Source of the DNA: an uncultured Candidatus Hydrogenedens sp.
GTDB taxonomy: Bacteria > Desulfobacterota_D > UBA1144
Assembly: GCA_902609885.1 (NCBI GenBank)
Contig: CACLTT010000004.1
Coordinates: forward strand, 75,556 to 139,555
Length of the DNA: 64,000 nt
Direction of reading: 5' to 3'
In this document: one piece after another, positions 41,066-51,731 of the stretch
Layout: each line of letters begins with the position of its first letter
Position numbering within the stretch: position 1 is the stretch's first letter
Program-made: the position numbers and the translations under genes
Notes under the pieces: model-generated
The model's input: the letters and a program-made list of their open reading frames with translations, nothing else
Databases searched by the model: none
What the model was told of the DNA's origin: nothing

Positions 41066-41827
41066 TTAAAGCATATTGTGTCCACCGTTCATACTTATAT
41101 TGGATCCAGTAATCCAAGATCCAGCTGTTGAACAAAGATATAAAACTGCTAATGCGACTTCATCAGGATAACCGAATCTGCCTAAAGGAATTTCATCTTT
41201 AATTCCTGCTAATAAATCTGCAGGAACTGTGGCTAACATATCTGTTTCAACAAAGCCAGGAGAAACAGTATTAACTCTTATGTTATCTTTTGCCAACTCT
41301 CTTGCTAAGCTTTTTGTAAAACCATACATACCACTCTTGGTCGCAGCATAATTTGATTGGCCTATGTTTCCCGTTTCTCCTATAATAGATGAAATAGATA
41401 CAATAGATCCGAAATTATTGTCACGCATATGTGGAACGCAGGCTTTAGACATATTGAATAATGCACCTAAATTTGTATCAATTACCTCTTGCCATTCTTC
41501 TTGAGACATTCTACTAAAAGTAATATCCCTATTGATTCCGGCGTTATTAACCAAAAAGTCAATTTTACCAAATTTTGCAATAGCCTCTTCGCCTAATGCT
41601 AGACATGATTCAAAATCCTTAACATCCGCTTGGACAACGATAGCTTCTCCTCCAAGGGCTTCAATTTCTTCAGCTGTAATTTCAGCAGCTTCTTTATTAC
41701 TGACATAATTTAAAACCATCTTTGCCCCAGCTTCAGCAAAAGCCAAAGCGCATTGCTTACCAATACCTCTTGAACTACCTGTAACTACGGCAACACGGTC
41801 TTTTACGTCATACATCATTTCAATCAT
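41066..41827 (-). CDS. SDR, acetoacetyl-CoA reductase (PhaB)/FabG-like
   Basis: TGSSRGIG, NNAGI.RD, GQSNYAATK, NGG C-terminus typical of PhaB. SD GGAGG. Confidence 0.85.
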   Translation of the reverse strand: MIEMMYDVKDRVAVVTGSSRGIGKQCALAFAEAGAKMVLNYVSNKEAAEITAEEIEALGGEAIVVQADVKDFESCLALGEEAIAKFGKIDFLVNNAGINRDITFSRMSQEEWQEVIDTNLGALFNMSKACVPHMRDNNFGSIVSISSIIGETGNIGQSNYAATKSGMYGFTKSLARELAKDNIRVNTVSPGFVETDMLATVPADLLAGIKDEIPLGRFGYPDEVALAVLYLCSTAGSWITGSNISMNGGHNML

Positions 41828-41931
41828 TATGATTCCTCCCTAAATTGCATTCGTTAATTTTATACAAAAAAAGATTAATAATCTACAATATAATGTTTAC
41901 CAAATAAAAAATCAGAAATATACTAACCTCT

Positions 41932-42774
41932 ATGATAAAATTTATAAAATCACATGGTTTAGGAAACGATTATATAGTTATAGATGGAAAAGACACTGGT
42001 TATTCTTTAACGAAATCACAAATTAAAAAAATATGTCATAGAAACTATGGTATTGGCTCAGATGGGGTTTTAATGCTTTGTAAAAGCAATATAGCTGACC
42101 ACGGATTGAAAATTTTTAATCCTGATGGTTCTCAAGCCGAAAAAAGTGGTAACGGCCTTAGAATATTTTCAGCTTATTTATATGAATATAAAAAGATTAA
42201 AAGAAATAAAAAAATTACTATTGAAACACAAGGCGGATTAACAGCAAGTGAATTTGTTAAAGAGATAGGGGGAAAAAAATATATCAAAGTTGAGATGGGT
42301 GAAGCAATATTTGAACAAAAAAAAATACCTGTAAAAGTAAAAAGCTCTGATCAATTCTGTATAAACAAAGTTATAAAATTAGGAAATAAAAAATTTATTT
42401 TTAATTGTGTATCTGTAGGTAACCCACATTGCGTAATTTTTTCAAATAAAATATCTCCAGATATTACTAAAAATTATGGATCAAAGATTGAGGTACATAA
42501 TTATTTTCCAAACAGAATAAATGTTCAATTTGCAAAAATAATCAATAGGGCCACCGTACAATTAGAAATATGGGAAAGAGGTGCAGGGTATACTTTAGCA
42601 TCAGGGAGTAGTTCATGTGCGGTTGTATCTGTAGGTTTTAAGCTTGGCCTTTTAAATAATAAGGTAAAAGTTAAAATGCCGGGGGGTATTTTAAAGATAT
42701 CTATAGATGATAAATACCAATTAGAAATGGAAGGACCAGTAGAAAAAATCTGTGAGGGAAGAATAGATATATAG
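41932..42774 (+). CDS. dapF: Diaminopimelate epimerase
   Basis: HGLGNDY, GIGSDG, FNPDGS, GNPHCV, WERGAGYTLA. Catalytic Cys positions read SGN and SGSS. Confidence 0.9.
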   Translation: MIKFIKSHGLGNDYIVIDGKDTGYSLTKSQIKKICHRNYGIGSDGVLMLCKSNIADHGLKIFNPDGSQAEKSGNGLRIFSAYLYEYKKIKRNKKITIETQGGLTASEFVKEIGGKKYIKVEMGEAIFEQKKIPVKVKSSDQFCINKVIKLGNKKFIFNCVSVGNPHCVIFSNKISPDITKNYGSKIEVHNYFPNRINVQFAKIINRATVQLEIWERGAGYTLASGSSSCAVVSVGFKLGLLNNKVKVKMPGGILKISIDDKYQLEMEGPVEKICEGRIDI

Positions 42775-42777
42775 TAA

Positions 42778-44010
42778 ATGTATAAAATTATTAATAGTAA
42801 GTATATATGGTGCCCAACAAATGGAATATTAAAAGATTATTCAATTCTCATTAGATCAAATAAAATTCAAAAAATAGACCATTACGAAAATCTTAATAAA
42901 TTAAAATATAAGAAGATAAATATAAAAAATTCAATTTTAATACCCGGGCTTGTGAATTCGCATATACATTTAGAATTAAATTGGGTTAAAAAAAGATTAA
43001 AATATTCATCTGATTTTATAGATTGGTTAAGCCAAATAATAGATTTAAAAAAAGGGTTGAGTAAAAATCAATTAATTAAAAAATCAATTAAGGAAGCAAT
43101 TACGGAATGTGCGAACTGCGGGGTTACAACGATTGGCGAAATTTCATCATATAATGGATTAGACATCTCAATAATAAAAAAATCTGGTTTAAGATGTTCA
43201 TATTTTTATGAAATTGCTAATTCAAATTCTTTGAGTTTTGAAAAAAACATACTAAAAATTGGGAAAAAAGTTAGTAATAATAAAATGATTAATCTTAAGG
43301 TATTCCCTCATTCAATTTATTCATTGGATACAAGCATATGGAGGAGATGTAAAAAATTTTCAACCAAAAATAACATGGGTCTTGGCACCCACCTATCAGA
43401 AAGTCTAGAAGAAATAAAATTTATTAAAGGTAAAAAAAATAAATTTGATAATATAATTTTTAATAAACTAAAAAAGCCTCCAAGAGTTAAAAGAAAATCT
43501 ACTTTTACTCCTCTAAAATATTTAGAAGATTTAGGGATCATAAATGAGAATATAACTTTGATACATATGAATAATTTATCCCCTGAAGATAAAAATATTA
43601 TTAAAAAAAATCAGTTAAAAGTAGTTTTGTGCCCAAGAAGTAACCTTTTTTTAAATGAGAAATTACCAGATTTAAAATTTTTTCTGGACTATCATTCAAC
43701 AGGTTTAGGAACTGATGGTCTTTCAAGTAATAATGATTTAAATTTTGTAAATGAGATGAGTTTTTTGTACTTAAATTCAAAAAAATTAAATATCGAAAAT
43801 TTAAAAGAAAAAATATTATCAATTTCGACTATTGGTGGTGCCAAATGTTTAGGTCTGGATAAAAAGATTGGATCAATAGAAGAAAATAAGATAGCTGATT
43901 TAATTGCTTTTGAAATAAAAGATCAAGATCCTTTTGATTCAATAATATTTAGAGAAGGCAAAAATATTAGATTAAAAATGATCGATGGAAAAATTAAAAA
44001 GTTTCAATAA
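42778..44010 (+). CDS. Amidohydrolase, probable aminodeoxyfutalosine deaminase
   Basis: PGLVNSHIHLEL, PHSIYS, HLSES.EE, CPRSN, GTDG. Adjacent to mqnD/mqnA. Confidence 0.75.
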   Translation: MYKIINSKYIWCPTNGILKDYSILIRSNKIQKIDHYENLNKLKYKKINIKNSILIPGLVNSHIHLELNWVKKRLKYSSDFIDWLSQIIDLKKGLSKNQLIKKSIKEAITECANCGVTTIGEISSYNGLDISIIKKSGLRCSYFYEIANSNSLSFEKNILKIGKKVSNNKMINLKVFPHSIYSLDTSIWRRCKKFSTKNNMGLGTHLSESLEEIKFIKGKKNKFDNIIFNKLKKPPRVKRKSTFTPLKYLEDLGIINENITLIHMNNLSPEDKNIIKKNQLKVVLCPRSNLFLNEKLPDLKFFLDYHSTGLGTDGLSSNNDLNFVNEMSFLYLNSKKLNIENLKEKILSISTIGGAKCLGLDKKIGSIEENKIADLIAFEIKDQDPFDSIIFREGKNIRLKMIDGKIKKFQ

Positions 44011-44830
44011 TATCGAGCCTAGGTAGTTCATCTATAAGGCCCAATTTTTTTGCTTTCAAATAAAAATAATTTAAGCCATTAATTCCTCTGGAATTGATAT
44101 TAACAGTATCACTATTCACATACATTAAAACAAATTCTTTAGCAATATCTCTAGAGACTCCTCGACCAAATTTCATAGAATAATCGAGTGCTTCTTCAAC
44201 ATTAGCTAAAGCATATTTTATACTAGATTTGATAATTTGAGATATCTCATTTTGTTCATCAATTGAAAGACTCCTAGTTATAATATTTAATCCCAAAGGT
44301 ATTGGATAATCACATTCATCAGACCATAGTCTGGGTAAATTAAGAATCACTTCATAACCCGATTCTTTATATGTTATTTGCCCCTCATGAATTATTAGCC
44401 CAGCATCAATTTCATCATTTTCAATAGCAGGAACAATTTCATCGAAATTGAGTTCTATAAAATTTGCATCTTTTAGATAAAGCTTTAAAAGTAAGAATGC
44501 TGAAGTAAGTTTTCCAGGTATACCAATTTTAGTTTCACTATTTATTTGAATTTTATTTTTTGCTACAACTATTGGTCCATAATTATCACCCATACTTGCT
44601 CCACAGTCCATAATTCTATATTTATCTTGGATTTGAAGATAAGCATTAGCAGAAACCGCTGTTGTATGAAGTTCAGAATTTATAGCCATTTTGTTGAGAG
44701 TTTGAATATCTTTAATGACATGATTAAATTCATATTTTTTAGAACTTATAATTCCAGAAGTTATTCCATAAAACATGAAAGCATCATCTGCATCGGGGCT
44801 ATGTCCTAATAAGATTTCTTTTTTTAAAAT
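43994..44830 (-). CDS. mqnD: 1,4-dihydroxy-6-naphthoate synthase (ATT start)
   Basis: LGHSPDADDAFMFY upstream of the called ATG, GDNYGP, PG.LTSA, IIHEGQ, PIPLG, MYVN. SD GAGGAG 7 nt before ATT 44830, in-frame TAA just upstream. Confidence 0.9.
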   Translation of the reverse strand: MLKKEILLGHSPDADDAFMFYGITSGIISSKKYEFNHVIKDIQTLNKMAINSELHTTAVSANAYLQIQDKYRIMDCGASMGDNYGPIVVAKNKIQINSETKIGIPGKLTSAFLLLKLYLKDANFIELNFDEIVPAIENDEIDAGLIIHEGQITYKESGYEVILNLPRLWSDECDYPIPLGLNIITRSLSIDEQNEISQIIKSSIKYALANVEEALDYSMKFGRGVSRDIAKEFVLMYVNSDTVNINSRGINGLNYFYLKAKKLGLIDELPRLDIIETF

Positions 44831-44881
44831 TTTTTAACTCCTCGATGTATATTAACGTTTATTAAAAAAAAAGTAAGTCAA

Positions 44882-45661
44882 TTATTTATTAAACTCCCTT
44901 CTTTCTATTTTGGTAATTTTTTTTGCTAAATCTAGAAATAAATTTATTCCCTTTCTATGCTTACTCGTAAATTCATATACTATTCTCTCTTTCAAATAAG
45001 TTTCAATATTCATTTTATCTATATCAACTTTTTTTAAATCAAGTATATGGGTGATAATATTGTCAATATTTTCTACTCCTTTCAAATATGAATTTTCTAA
45101 AGATGTTATAAGATCGTTACTAGGTTTTTTAATGTAATTATATGACGCAAAAGTAAAAGGTAAGGTGGTTTCATTAAACCAAAGATCTGACAGATCAAAT
45201 ATTTTAACCCCTATAGGCTTAGAATATGTTAATTCCAAACCTAAATCACCTATCACCACATAACCACAATCACTATCCAAAGTCATATTTTTAGAGGGCG
45301 AATAGTAGCTAAAATTTGGGGTAGTTTTAACAAACTCATTGAATAGAACTTTAACTAATAAATTTGAACTTTTTGAGCGAGAATCGAGAAACATTGTTTT
45401 AATTTCCTTCAATTCTCCCTTACTTATTATTATAACGCTATCAACTTTGCCGTTGGCACTTATACATTTGTTTTCCAAAGAAAAAATATTCTTATTTCCA
45501 AGATGATCCGCTATTGGCAAGAGGCTAATGTCTACTTTGTTAAGGTTTAAAGAATCTAATGTTTCGGATGGATTAGAAAAACTTATATTTACATTATGCT
45601 CTTTAAGATAAAAAGTAAGTGGTAAAGAGTTTATAAATGGAACTGTTCCTACAATATTCAT
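44882..45661 (-). CDS. mqnA: Chorismate dehydratase
   Basis: G.VPFINSLPL, ISANGKVDSV, S.SS..L, VIGD.GL, DL..LW..T.LPF.FA. Confidence 0.88.
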   Translation of the reverse strand: MNIVGTVPFINSLPLTFYLKEHNVNISFSNPSETLDSLNLNKVDISLLPIADHLGNKNIFSLENKCISANGKVDSVIIISKGELKEIKTMFLDSRSKSSNLLVKVLFNEFVKTTPNFSYYSPSKNMTLDSDCGYVVIGDLGLELTYSKPIGVKIFDLSDLWFNETTLPFTFASYNYIKKPSNDLITSLENSYLKGVENIDNIITHILDLKKVDIDKMNIETYLKERIVYEFTSKHRKGINLFLDLAKKITKIERREFNK

Positions 45662-45663
45662 AA

Positions 45664-46707
45664 CTAAAATTTAAAGTCTTCAAAAGACCATTTTTTGGGT
45701 GTAAAAATTGATTTATGGATTTCTAAAGCATATTCGTCTGACATTCCAGCAATAAAATCCAAACAACTAACAGAGTGAATTTTTGAAGTACATTTATAAA
45801 CATTTTTGAGCCTATTAGGGTCGTCATGAAAGAATAGATACAGATCAGATAAAATTTTTTTAGCTTTATCAAAGTTTTTTCTCAAAATCTCATGGAAATA
45901 AACCTTTTCAAATAGAAAATCTCGCATAAGATTAAGGTTCTCCTCTAATTCAAGAGAAATAGTTACTTTTTTAAAATTAGTTTTAGTAGTGCTATTTATT
46001 GTATCACTAATAACTTTTGAAATTCTTTCTGAATGAGATTTACCAAAAAATAAAATTAATTTTTTTGGCAAATTATTTTTTTTTATGAGTCCAGCTCTCA
46101 GGGCATCATCTAAGTCGTGAGTAAAATAAGCAAAGATGTCGGACAACCTAACAACTTGACCCTCCAAAGTTTTAATTTTTATTTTTTCATTAATTATTGG
46201 ACCCCTTCCTTTTGAATGTTTTGATATACCATCTCTTACCTCCTGAGTAAGATTCAAACCTTTTCCATTATTTTCAATGTGATCAACAATTCTTAGGCTG
46301 TGCAGATAATGTTTAAATCCACCTTTATGAATATCATTCAATGCTTGTTCTCCAGCATGTCCAAATGGAGTATGGCCCAAATCGTGTCCTAGAGCTATGG
46401 CTTCAGTTAAATCTTCATTTAAAAATAAAGATCTTGATATTGTTCGTGAAATTTGGGAAACCTCTAGCACATGAGTTAATCTTGTTCTAAAATGATCACC
46501 ATATGGAGCGAGAAAAACTTGCGTTTTATCTTTAAGCCTTCTAAAGGATTTAGAATGAAGTATTCTATCTCTATCTCTTTGAAAATCTGTTCTTAGGGAG
46601 CATTTTTTCTCTTTTTTAATTCTCCCTAAAGATTTTGAACTAAATGATGCATATTTTGATAAAAATTCGAACTCTTTTTCTTCAATTTGTTTTCGTATAC
46701 TTTTCAC
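45664..46707 (-). CDS. dgt: dGTP triphosphohydrolase-like HD protein
   Basis: RTDFQRDRDRILHSKSFRRL..KTQVF, RTRLTH, GHDLGHTPFGHAGE, DFIAGMSD. Confidence 0.92.
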   Translation of the reverse strand: MKSIRKQIEEKEFEFLSKYASFSSKSLGRIKKEKKCSLRTDFQRDRDRILHSKSFRRLKDKTQVFLAPYGDHFRTRLTHVLEVSQISRTISRSLFLNEDLTEAIALGHDLGHTPFGHAGEQALNDIHKGGFKHYLHSLRIVDHIENNGKGLNLTQEVRDGISKHSKGRGPIINEKIKIKTLEGQVVRLSDIFAYFTHDLDDALRAGLIKKNNLPKKLILFFGKSHSERISKVISDTINSTTKTNFKKVTISLELEENLNLMRDFLFEKVYFHEILRKNFDKAKKILSDLYLFFHDDPNRLKNVYKCTSKIHSVSCLDFIAGMSDEYALEIHKSIFTPKKWSFEDFKF

Positions 46708-47466
46708 TTAGGCTCTAACCACCACATTATTATTTTTTAAAAAATCTTTTACTTGATAAATAGTATATTCCTGAAAATGAAAAATTGATGCACAAAGAGC
46801 TGCATCAGCATTACCTAATAAAAAAGCGTCTCTAATATGCTCTAATCTGCCGGCACCACCAGAAGCAATTATGGGTATTTTAAGCCACTCATTTATCTTT
46901 TTTAAAGCATTAATATCATAGCCCTCTTTTGTACCATCTTTATCCATAGATGTTAACAGAATTTCCCCCACACCATAATCTTGCATTTTTTTTATCCATT
47001 CTATAGCATCGAGCCCTGTTGCTTTTCTTCCCCCGTGAGTAAAAACTTGCCATTTATCATGTGCTGACATTTTAATATCTACAGCAACTACAATACATTG
47101 AGAACCAAATTTTTTTGCAGCATCAATAACTAACATTGGATCATTAACCGCTGCCGTATTAATTGAAACTTTATCAGCTCCCGCCAAAAGCAGACTTCTT
47201 ATATCGTCAATCTTCCTTATCCCCCCACCAACAGTTAAAGGTACAAATACTTTATCTGCTGCCTTTTCAATTGTTTCAATCATAATTCCTCTATTCTCAT
47301 TTGATGCTGTTATATCTAAAAATGTTATCTCATCTGCACCTTCTTCACTATATTTCTTAGCTATTTCTACTGGATCACCTGCATCAATTAAATTTTCAAA
47401 GTTAACTCCTTTTACTACTCGGCCTTTATCAATATCAAGGCATGGAATTATTCGCTTAGCTAACAT
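46708..47466 (-). CDS. hisF: Imidazole glycerol phosphate synthase cyclase subunit
   Basis: [49 protein letters not shown]. Confidence 0.97.
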   Translation of the reverse strand: MLAKRIIPCLDIDKGRVVKGVNFENLIDAGDPVEIAKKYSEEGADEITFLDITASNENRGIMIETIEKAADKVFVPLTVGGGIRKIDDIRSLLLAGADKVSINTAAVNDPMLVIDAAKKFGSQCIVVAVDIKMSAHDKWQVFTHGGRKATGLDAIEWIKKMQDYGVGEILLTSMDKDGTKEGYDINALKKINEWLKIPIIASGGAGRLEHIRDAFLLGNADAALCASIFHFQEYTIYQVKDFLKNNNVVVRA

Positions 47467-48187
47467 CTTGATAAACCTCAATACACTTTTTTAAATCTAA
47501 TTTATCTTCATATATAGACTTCCCTAATATAACTCCATAAACTGTTTGATTGACGAGTTTGCTAATAGATTTCAAATCATTTTCATTCTTTATTCCTCCA
47601 GAAATAATGAGTGGAATGTTTGTGTTTTTAAGGTATTCATTCACTAGCTCAACATTATATCCTTCCAATGTTCCGTCTCTATCTACTGACGTTAATACTA
47701 TCAAATCTATATTTTTTTTTCTGAATTTAGCTAAAGCTTCTTTTAGTCCCATTCTTATTTTTGAGCCCCAACCTTTGATTGCTACCAAATTGTCTTTAAT
47801 ATCAATACCAATTGCTATTTGAGTTGGATTTTCATTAACAGCACTATTTAAAAAATCATCATCTTCAAAGGCTGAGGTTCCTAAAATAACTCTTCTTATT
47901 CCAAGAGAGAGGTAAGAATTAATAATCTCTTTGCTTCTAATACCCCCACCAATCTGGATTTCACATTTAACAGAGTTTGAAATTTCTTTAATAATTTCAT
48001 AATTTATGCTTTTACCTTCAACCGCGCCATCAAGATCAACCAAATGGATTAATTTTGCTCCCATCGACTCCCATTTCTTGGCAACCTCGACTGGACTATC
48101 CGAATAAATCTTTTCTTTAGCAAAATCTCCCTTATAGAGTCTTACACATTTTTGGTTTTTTATATCAATCGCTGGTATTAAAATCAT
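47456..48187 (-). CDS. hisA: ProFAR isomerase
   Basis: [35 protein letters not shown]. Confidence 0.96.
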   Translation of the reverse strand: MILIPAIDIKNQKCVRLYKGDFAKEKIYSDSPVEVAKKWESMGAKLIHLVDLDGAVEGKSINYEIIKEISNSVKCEIQIGGGIRSKEIINSYLSLGIRRVILGTSAFEDDDFLNSAVNENPTQIAIGIDIKDNLVAIKGWGSKIRMGLKEALAKFRKKNIDLIVLTSVDRDGTLEGYNVELVNEYLKNTNIPLIISGGIKNENDLKSISKLVNQTVYGVILGKSIYEDKLDLKKCIEVYQDVS

Positions 48188-48233
48188 AATTCTACATTTT
48201 ACAAAAATAAATTAATAAATTAAATTAAAAAAT

Positions 48234-48644
48234 ATGAAATACTGGTTAGTCAAATCTGAACCTTTTAAATATTCATGGAACATGATGCTTAAAGATAAAG
48301 TAACTTACTGGGATGGAGTACGCAATTATCAAGCCCGAAATAATCTTAAATTGATGAAAAAAGGAGATTTAGTTCTGTTTTATCATAGCAATGAAGGGAA
48401 AGAAATTGTAGGAATTACAAAGGTAGTAAAAGAATATTATCAGGATCCTACAACAGAGGATGAAAAATGGGTTGTTGTGGACCTTAGAGTTGATAAAACA
48501 TTAAAAAGACCTATATCTTTAAAAGAAATTAAAGGTGATAATAATTTAAAAGATATAGGCTTAATTAGACAGTCAAGATTATCAGTTATGGAAATTAAAA
48601 AAGAACATTTTAAATATATTATAAATTTATCTAATGAAAAATAG
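48234..48644 (+). CDS. EVE domain protein
   Basis: YWLVKSEP, WDGVRNYQARN, FYHS, RLSV. Confidence 0.93.
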   Translation: MKYWLVKSEPFKYSWNMMLKDKVTYWDGVRNYQARNNLKLMKKGDLVLFYHSNEGKEIVGITKVVKEYYQDPTTEDEKWVVVDLRVDKTLKRPISLKEIKGDNNLKDIGLIRQSRLSVMEIKKEHFKYIINLSNEK

Positions 48645-49590
48645 TGAAAACGATCTTATAGAGGGTGTAAATTCTGGAAGCAGAGTATGCTTGTCTAAAC
48701 TAATTAGTTTAGTTGAAAGTGACAAATCAGCGATATTCAGAATTATTGATTCATTAAATAAAAGGACAGAGAGCTCTTATGTGGTTGGAATCACTGGTCC
48801 TCCCGGGGCGGGAAAGAGCACCCTGACAAATCGTTTGATTCAAAATTATCGAAAAAAAAATTTATCTGTTGCAGTCTTAGCAGTTGATCCGAGTAGTCCT
48901 TTTACCGGAGGAGCCGTATTAGGTGACAGAATTAGAATGCAAGAGCATGCTTTAGATGACGAGGTATTTATTAGAAGTATTGGTAGCCGGGGGGATTTGG
49001 GGGGGTTATCAAGTGCCACATCCGCAATAATAAAACTTTTTGACTCATTTGGAATGGACATTGTTATAATTGAAACTGTTGGAGTAGGCCAAACTGAGTT
49101 AGATATTATAAAAATTTCAGATTGTGTTTTAGTTACTTTAGTTCCTGAGGCGGGAGATGGAGTTCAAGCAATGAAAGCAGGCTTAATGGAAATAGGAGAT
49201 GTATTTGTTGTCAATAAAGCTGATAGAGGTGGCGCAGAAAAACTTGCGAGAGAAATTGATTATATGATTTCATTAAAACATAAAAATACAAATTGGAATA
49301 CAAAGGTAATTTTAGCAGAGGCTGAAAATGATGTTGGAACAAAAAATATTGTTAATGAAATAGATTCTTTCAAAGAATATGAGATTCAAAGCAATGAATT
49401 GAATAAAAAAAGAACACTTCGCAAAGTCTCAGAAATTGAGACTTTATTATTTCAACGCATGAAATATGAATTAGAATCTTTAAAATTAGATAAGGATGTT
49501 AAAAATATTATGTCAAAGGTTAGTAAATCAGATTTAGAGCCTGAAGAAGCTGTGAATCTTATTTTCAAACTTTTTAAAAAAAATTTTTGA
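48634..49590 (+). CDS. meaB: Methylmalonyl-CoA mutase-associated GTPase
   Basis: GITGPPGAGKST, AVDPSSPFTGGAVLGDRIRM, ETVGVGQ, GDGVQAMKAG, VNKAD. Confidence 0.93.
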   Translation: MKNSENDLIEGVNSGSRVCLSKLISLVESDKSAIFRIIDSLNKRTESSYVVGITGPPGAGKSTLTNRLIQNYRKKNLSVAVLAVDPSSPFTGGAVLGDRIRMQEHALDDEVFIRSIGSRGDLGGLSSATSAIIKLFDSFGMDIVIIETVGVGQTELDIIKISDCVLVTLVPEAGDGVQAMKAGLMEIGDVFVVNKADRGGAEKLAREIDYMISLKHKNTNWNTKVILAEAENDVGTKNIVNEIDSFKEYEIQSNELNKKRTLRKVSEIETLLFQRMKYELESLKLDKDVKNIMSKVSKSDLEPEEAVNLIFKLFKKNF

Positions 49591-50996
49591 TTTTGAGAAA
49601 AATATTAGTTAGTAAAATTTTAGATCAGATTAAAATTGCCATTATTGAAAATGGCAAATTAATCCATTATTTTATGGAATATGAAGATATTCAGCAAAGT
49701 ATTAGAGGGAATATTTACAAAGCAAGTATTGATAAAAAAGCAAAAGGTATAGATGCTTCGTTTATTGATATAGGTCTAGGAAGATCAGCATTTCTTTCAA
49801 AATTTAATCCTTTTCAAAAAGAAATGTCCAAATCTAGTGGAGCTTATCAGATTTCTAAAGATAATTTTGTTTTGGTTCAAGCGGTCAGCGATTACGATCC
49901 AAGGAAGGCTCCAAAAGTTTCAGATTTTATAGCATTACCATCAAAATATTGTGTTATTGTTAGCAAGCCAAAGTTTTTTGGAATTTCAAAAAGAATAGAA
50001 TGCCAGAAAGAAAGAAAAAGATTTAACTCACTGAAAAAACTTAGTAATAAAGATTGTGGAATAATATTAAGAACATCATCAATTAATAAAAAAATAAAAG
50101 ATATAAAGAACGATATAGCTTCTACCAAAAAGAGGTGGAGGGAAATATTAAATGATTTTAGAAAAAATGATTCCCTAGGAATGCTTCATCAAGAAAAAAG
50201 TGTTTTAGATAATTTAGTTAGAGAGTTTATCAATGATAAAACATTTATCGAAACAGATTCTAGGTTTGTATACAATAAATTAAAAAAAGATCTTTCAAAA
50301 AATATTGAAATTAAATTAGTAATTAAGAGCAAAGAAATATTTAAGAAATATCATATTGAGGATGAAATCAAAAATATATTTTTCAAAAAAATAAAATTAA
50401 AAAATGGTGCTTTCATCTTGGTTGAAGAAAAAGAAGGACTAACTGTAGTAGATATAAATTCGGGTAGTAGTCTTAACAATAAAAAAGAAACTTTATTAAA
50501 CATAAATAAGATAGCAGCATTAGAAATTTCTCGTCAAATAGTTTTGAGAAACCTTCATGGTCTGATATTGATTGATTTTATTGATGTTAAAAAACCAAAA
50601 GAAAAAAGAGAAATATATAAAACATTATCGGAATCTATGAAGCCAGATAAATCAAAACACACAATATTACCTATGTCTAAATTTGGTATTATAGAAATGA
50701 CAAGACAAAAAAGGGGCAGTAAAATATCAAATATTATTAGTGAAAAATGTCTAGTTTGTAATGGTTATGGTTTAGTTCAAGATAAAGTATCAGTATGCTA
50801 CGAAGTTTTAGAAAATATTATAAAAAATAACATAAAGGGTAAAGTGTCTATTAAAATTAATTCTACAATCTATCAAAACATGAAAGACATTCTGAACAAG
50901 CATAAAAATAATTCGGAAATAAAAAAAATCCAATTTAAATTGATAGAAGACTTTAAGCCAATTTATGACCAAAGAGAATTGTACGAAATTATTTGA
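49587..50996 (+). CDS. Rne/Rng family ribonuclease (RNase G size)
   Basis: GNIYK, ASFIDIG, DINSG, LRNLHGLILIDFID, FGIIEMTRQ, CxxC (CLVCNG). Confidence 0.88.
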   Translation: MILRKILVSKILDQIKIAIIENGKLIHYFMEYEDIQQSIRGNIYKASIDKKAKGIDASFIDIGLGRSAFLSKFNPFQKEMSKSSGAYQISKDNFVLVQAVSDYDPRKAPKVSDFIALPSKYCVIVSKPKFFGISKRIECQKERKRFNSLKKLSNKDCGIILRTSSINKKIKDIKNDIASTKKRWREILNDFRKNDSLGMLHQEKSVLDNLVREFINDKTFIETDSRFVYNKLKKDLSKNIEIKLVIKSKEIFKKYHIEDEIKNIFFKKIKLKNGAFILVEEKEGLTVVDINSGSSLNNKKETLLNINKIAALEISRQIVLRNLHGLILIDFIDVKKPKEKREIYKTLSESMKPDKSKHTILPMSKFGIIEMTRQKRGSKISNIISEKCLVCNGYGLVQDKVSVCYEVLENIIKNNIKGKVSIKINSTIYQNMKDILNKHKNNSEIKKIQFKLIEDFKPIYDQRELYEII

Positions 50997-51029
50997 TGAA
51001 TTATTTTTTTTATATATGATTAATGAACA

Positions 51030-51452
51030 ATGAGTGTTTTAAAAGTTGGAAATCTTTACCATATTGGAATAGCTGTTAAAGACGCAGAAAAAACTTCTAT
51101 ACTATATTCTAAAACATTGGGTTTAAAAATTGAACATGATGAAGTTGTAATGGACCAGGGAGTAAGGGCTATAATGATGGTTCCTGAAAATAGTGAATCA
51201 ACTGCTATTGAACTTTTAGAGCCAGTAGTTCCTGAATCTCCTATCAATAAGTTTTTAGATAATAAAGGTGAAGGGATGCATCATGTTTGCTATTTGGTAT
51301 CAGATATATTGGAAGGTATTTCTCATCTTAAAAATATGGGAATTGACATGATTGACCTGAAGCCTAGAGAGGGCTTGAATAATACATTAGTTGCTTTTGC
51401 ACATCCAAAAAGCATGAACAGTGTTTTAATAGAATTAGCTCAGAAAAAATAA
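51030..51452 (+). CDS. mce: Methylmalonyl-CoA epimerase
   Basis: HIGIAV, QGVR, IELLEP, GEGMHHVC, HPKS..VLIEL. Confidence 0.92.
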   Translation: MSVLKVGNLYHIGIAVKDAEKTSILYSKTLGLKIEHDEVVMDQGVRAIMMVPENSESTAIELLEPVVPESPINKFLDNKGEGMHHVCYLVSDILEGISHLKNMGIDMIDLKPREGLNNTLVAFAHPKSMNSVLIELAQKK

Positions 51453-51453
51453 A

Positions 51454-51645
51454 TTAAGAGTTTTTACTTTCTTTATCTTCATCTTCATCGGACTTCTTTT
51501 TATCATCATCTTTTACTGCTTTTTTAAACCCAGAGATTCCTTTTCCTAAAGCAGAACCGATATCACCAAGCTTGCTTGGTCCAAAAATGAGGAGTACTAT
51601 TACTAAAATAATAATTAATTCTTGAACACCTAATCCAAACATCAT
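51454..51645 (-). CDS. tatA: Twin-arginine translocase TatA
   Basis: FGLG.QEL.IIL..LLIFG..KL...G..LGKGI..FKKA. Upstream promoter TTGACA-17-TAGCTT. Confidence 0.93.
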   Translation of the reverse strand: MMFGLGVQELIIILVIVLLIFGPSKLGDIGSALGKGISGFKKAVKDDDKKKSDEDEDKESKNS

Positions 51646-51731
51646 TACCTCTTTAACAAAAGCTAACTCATTGATGTAAATGTGTCAATTAGCACCTTTA
51701 ATAAATAGTAATTTGAAATATAATATTTTCA

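Noticed and set aside
45664..48644. dGTPase and EVE proteins as an anti-phage island
   Set aside because: Both are short housekeeping-type genes embedded among his/mqn/meaB genes, with no other defence genes nearby.
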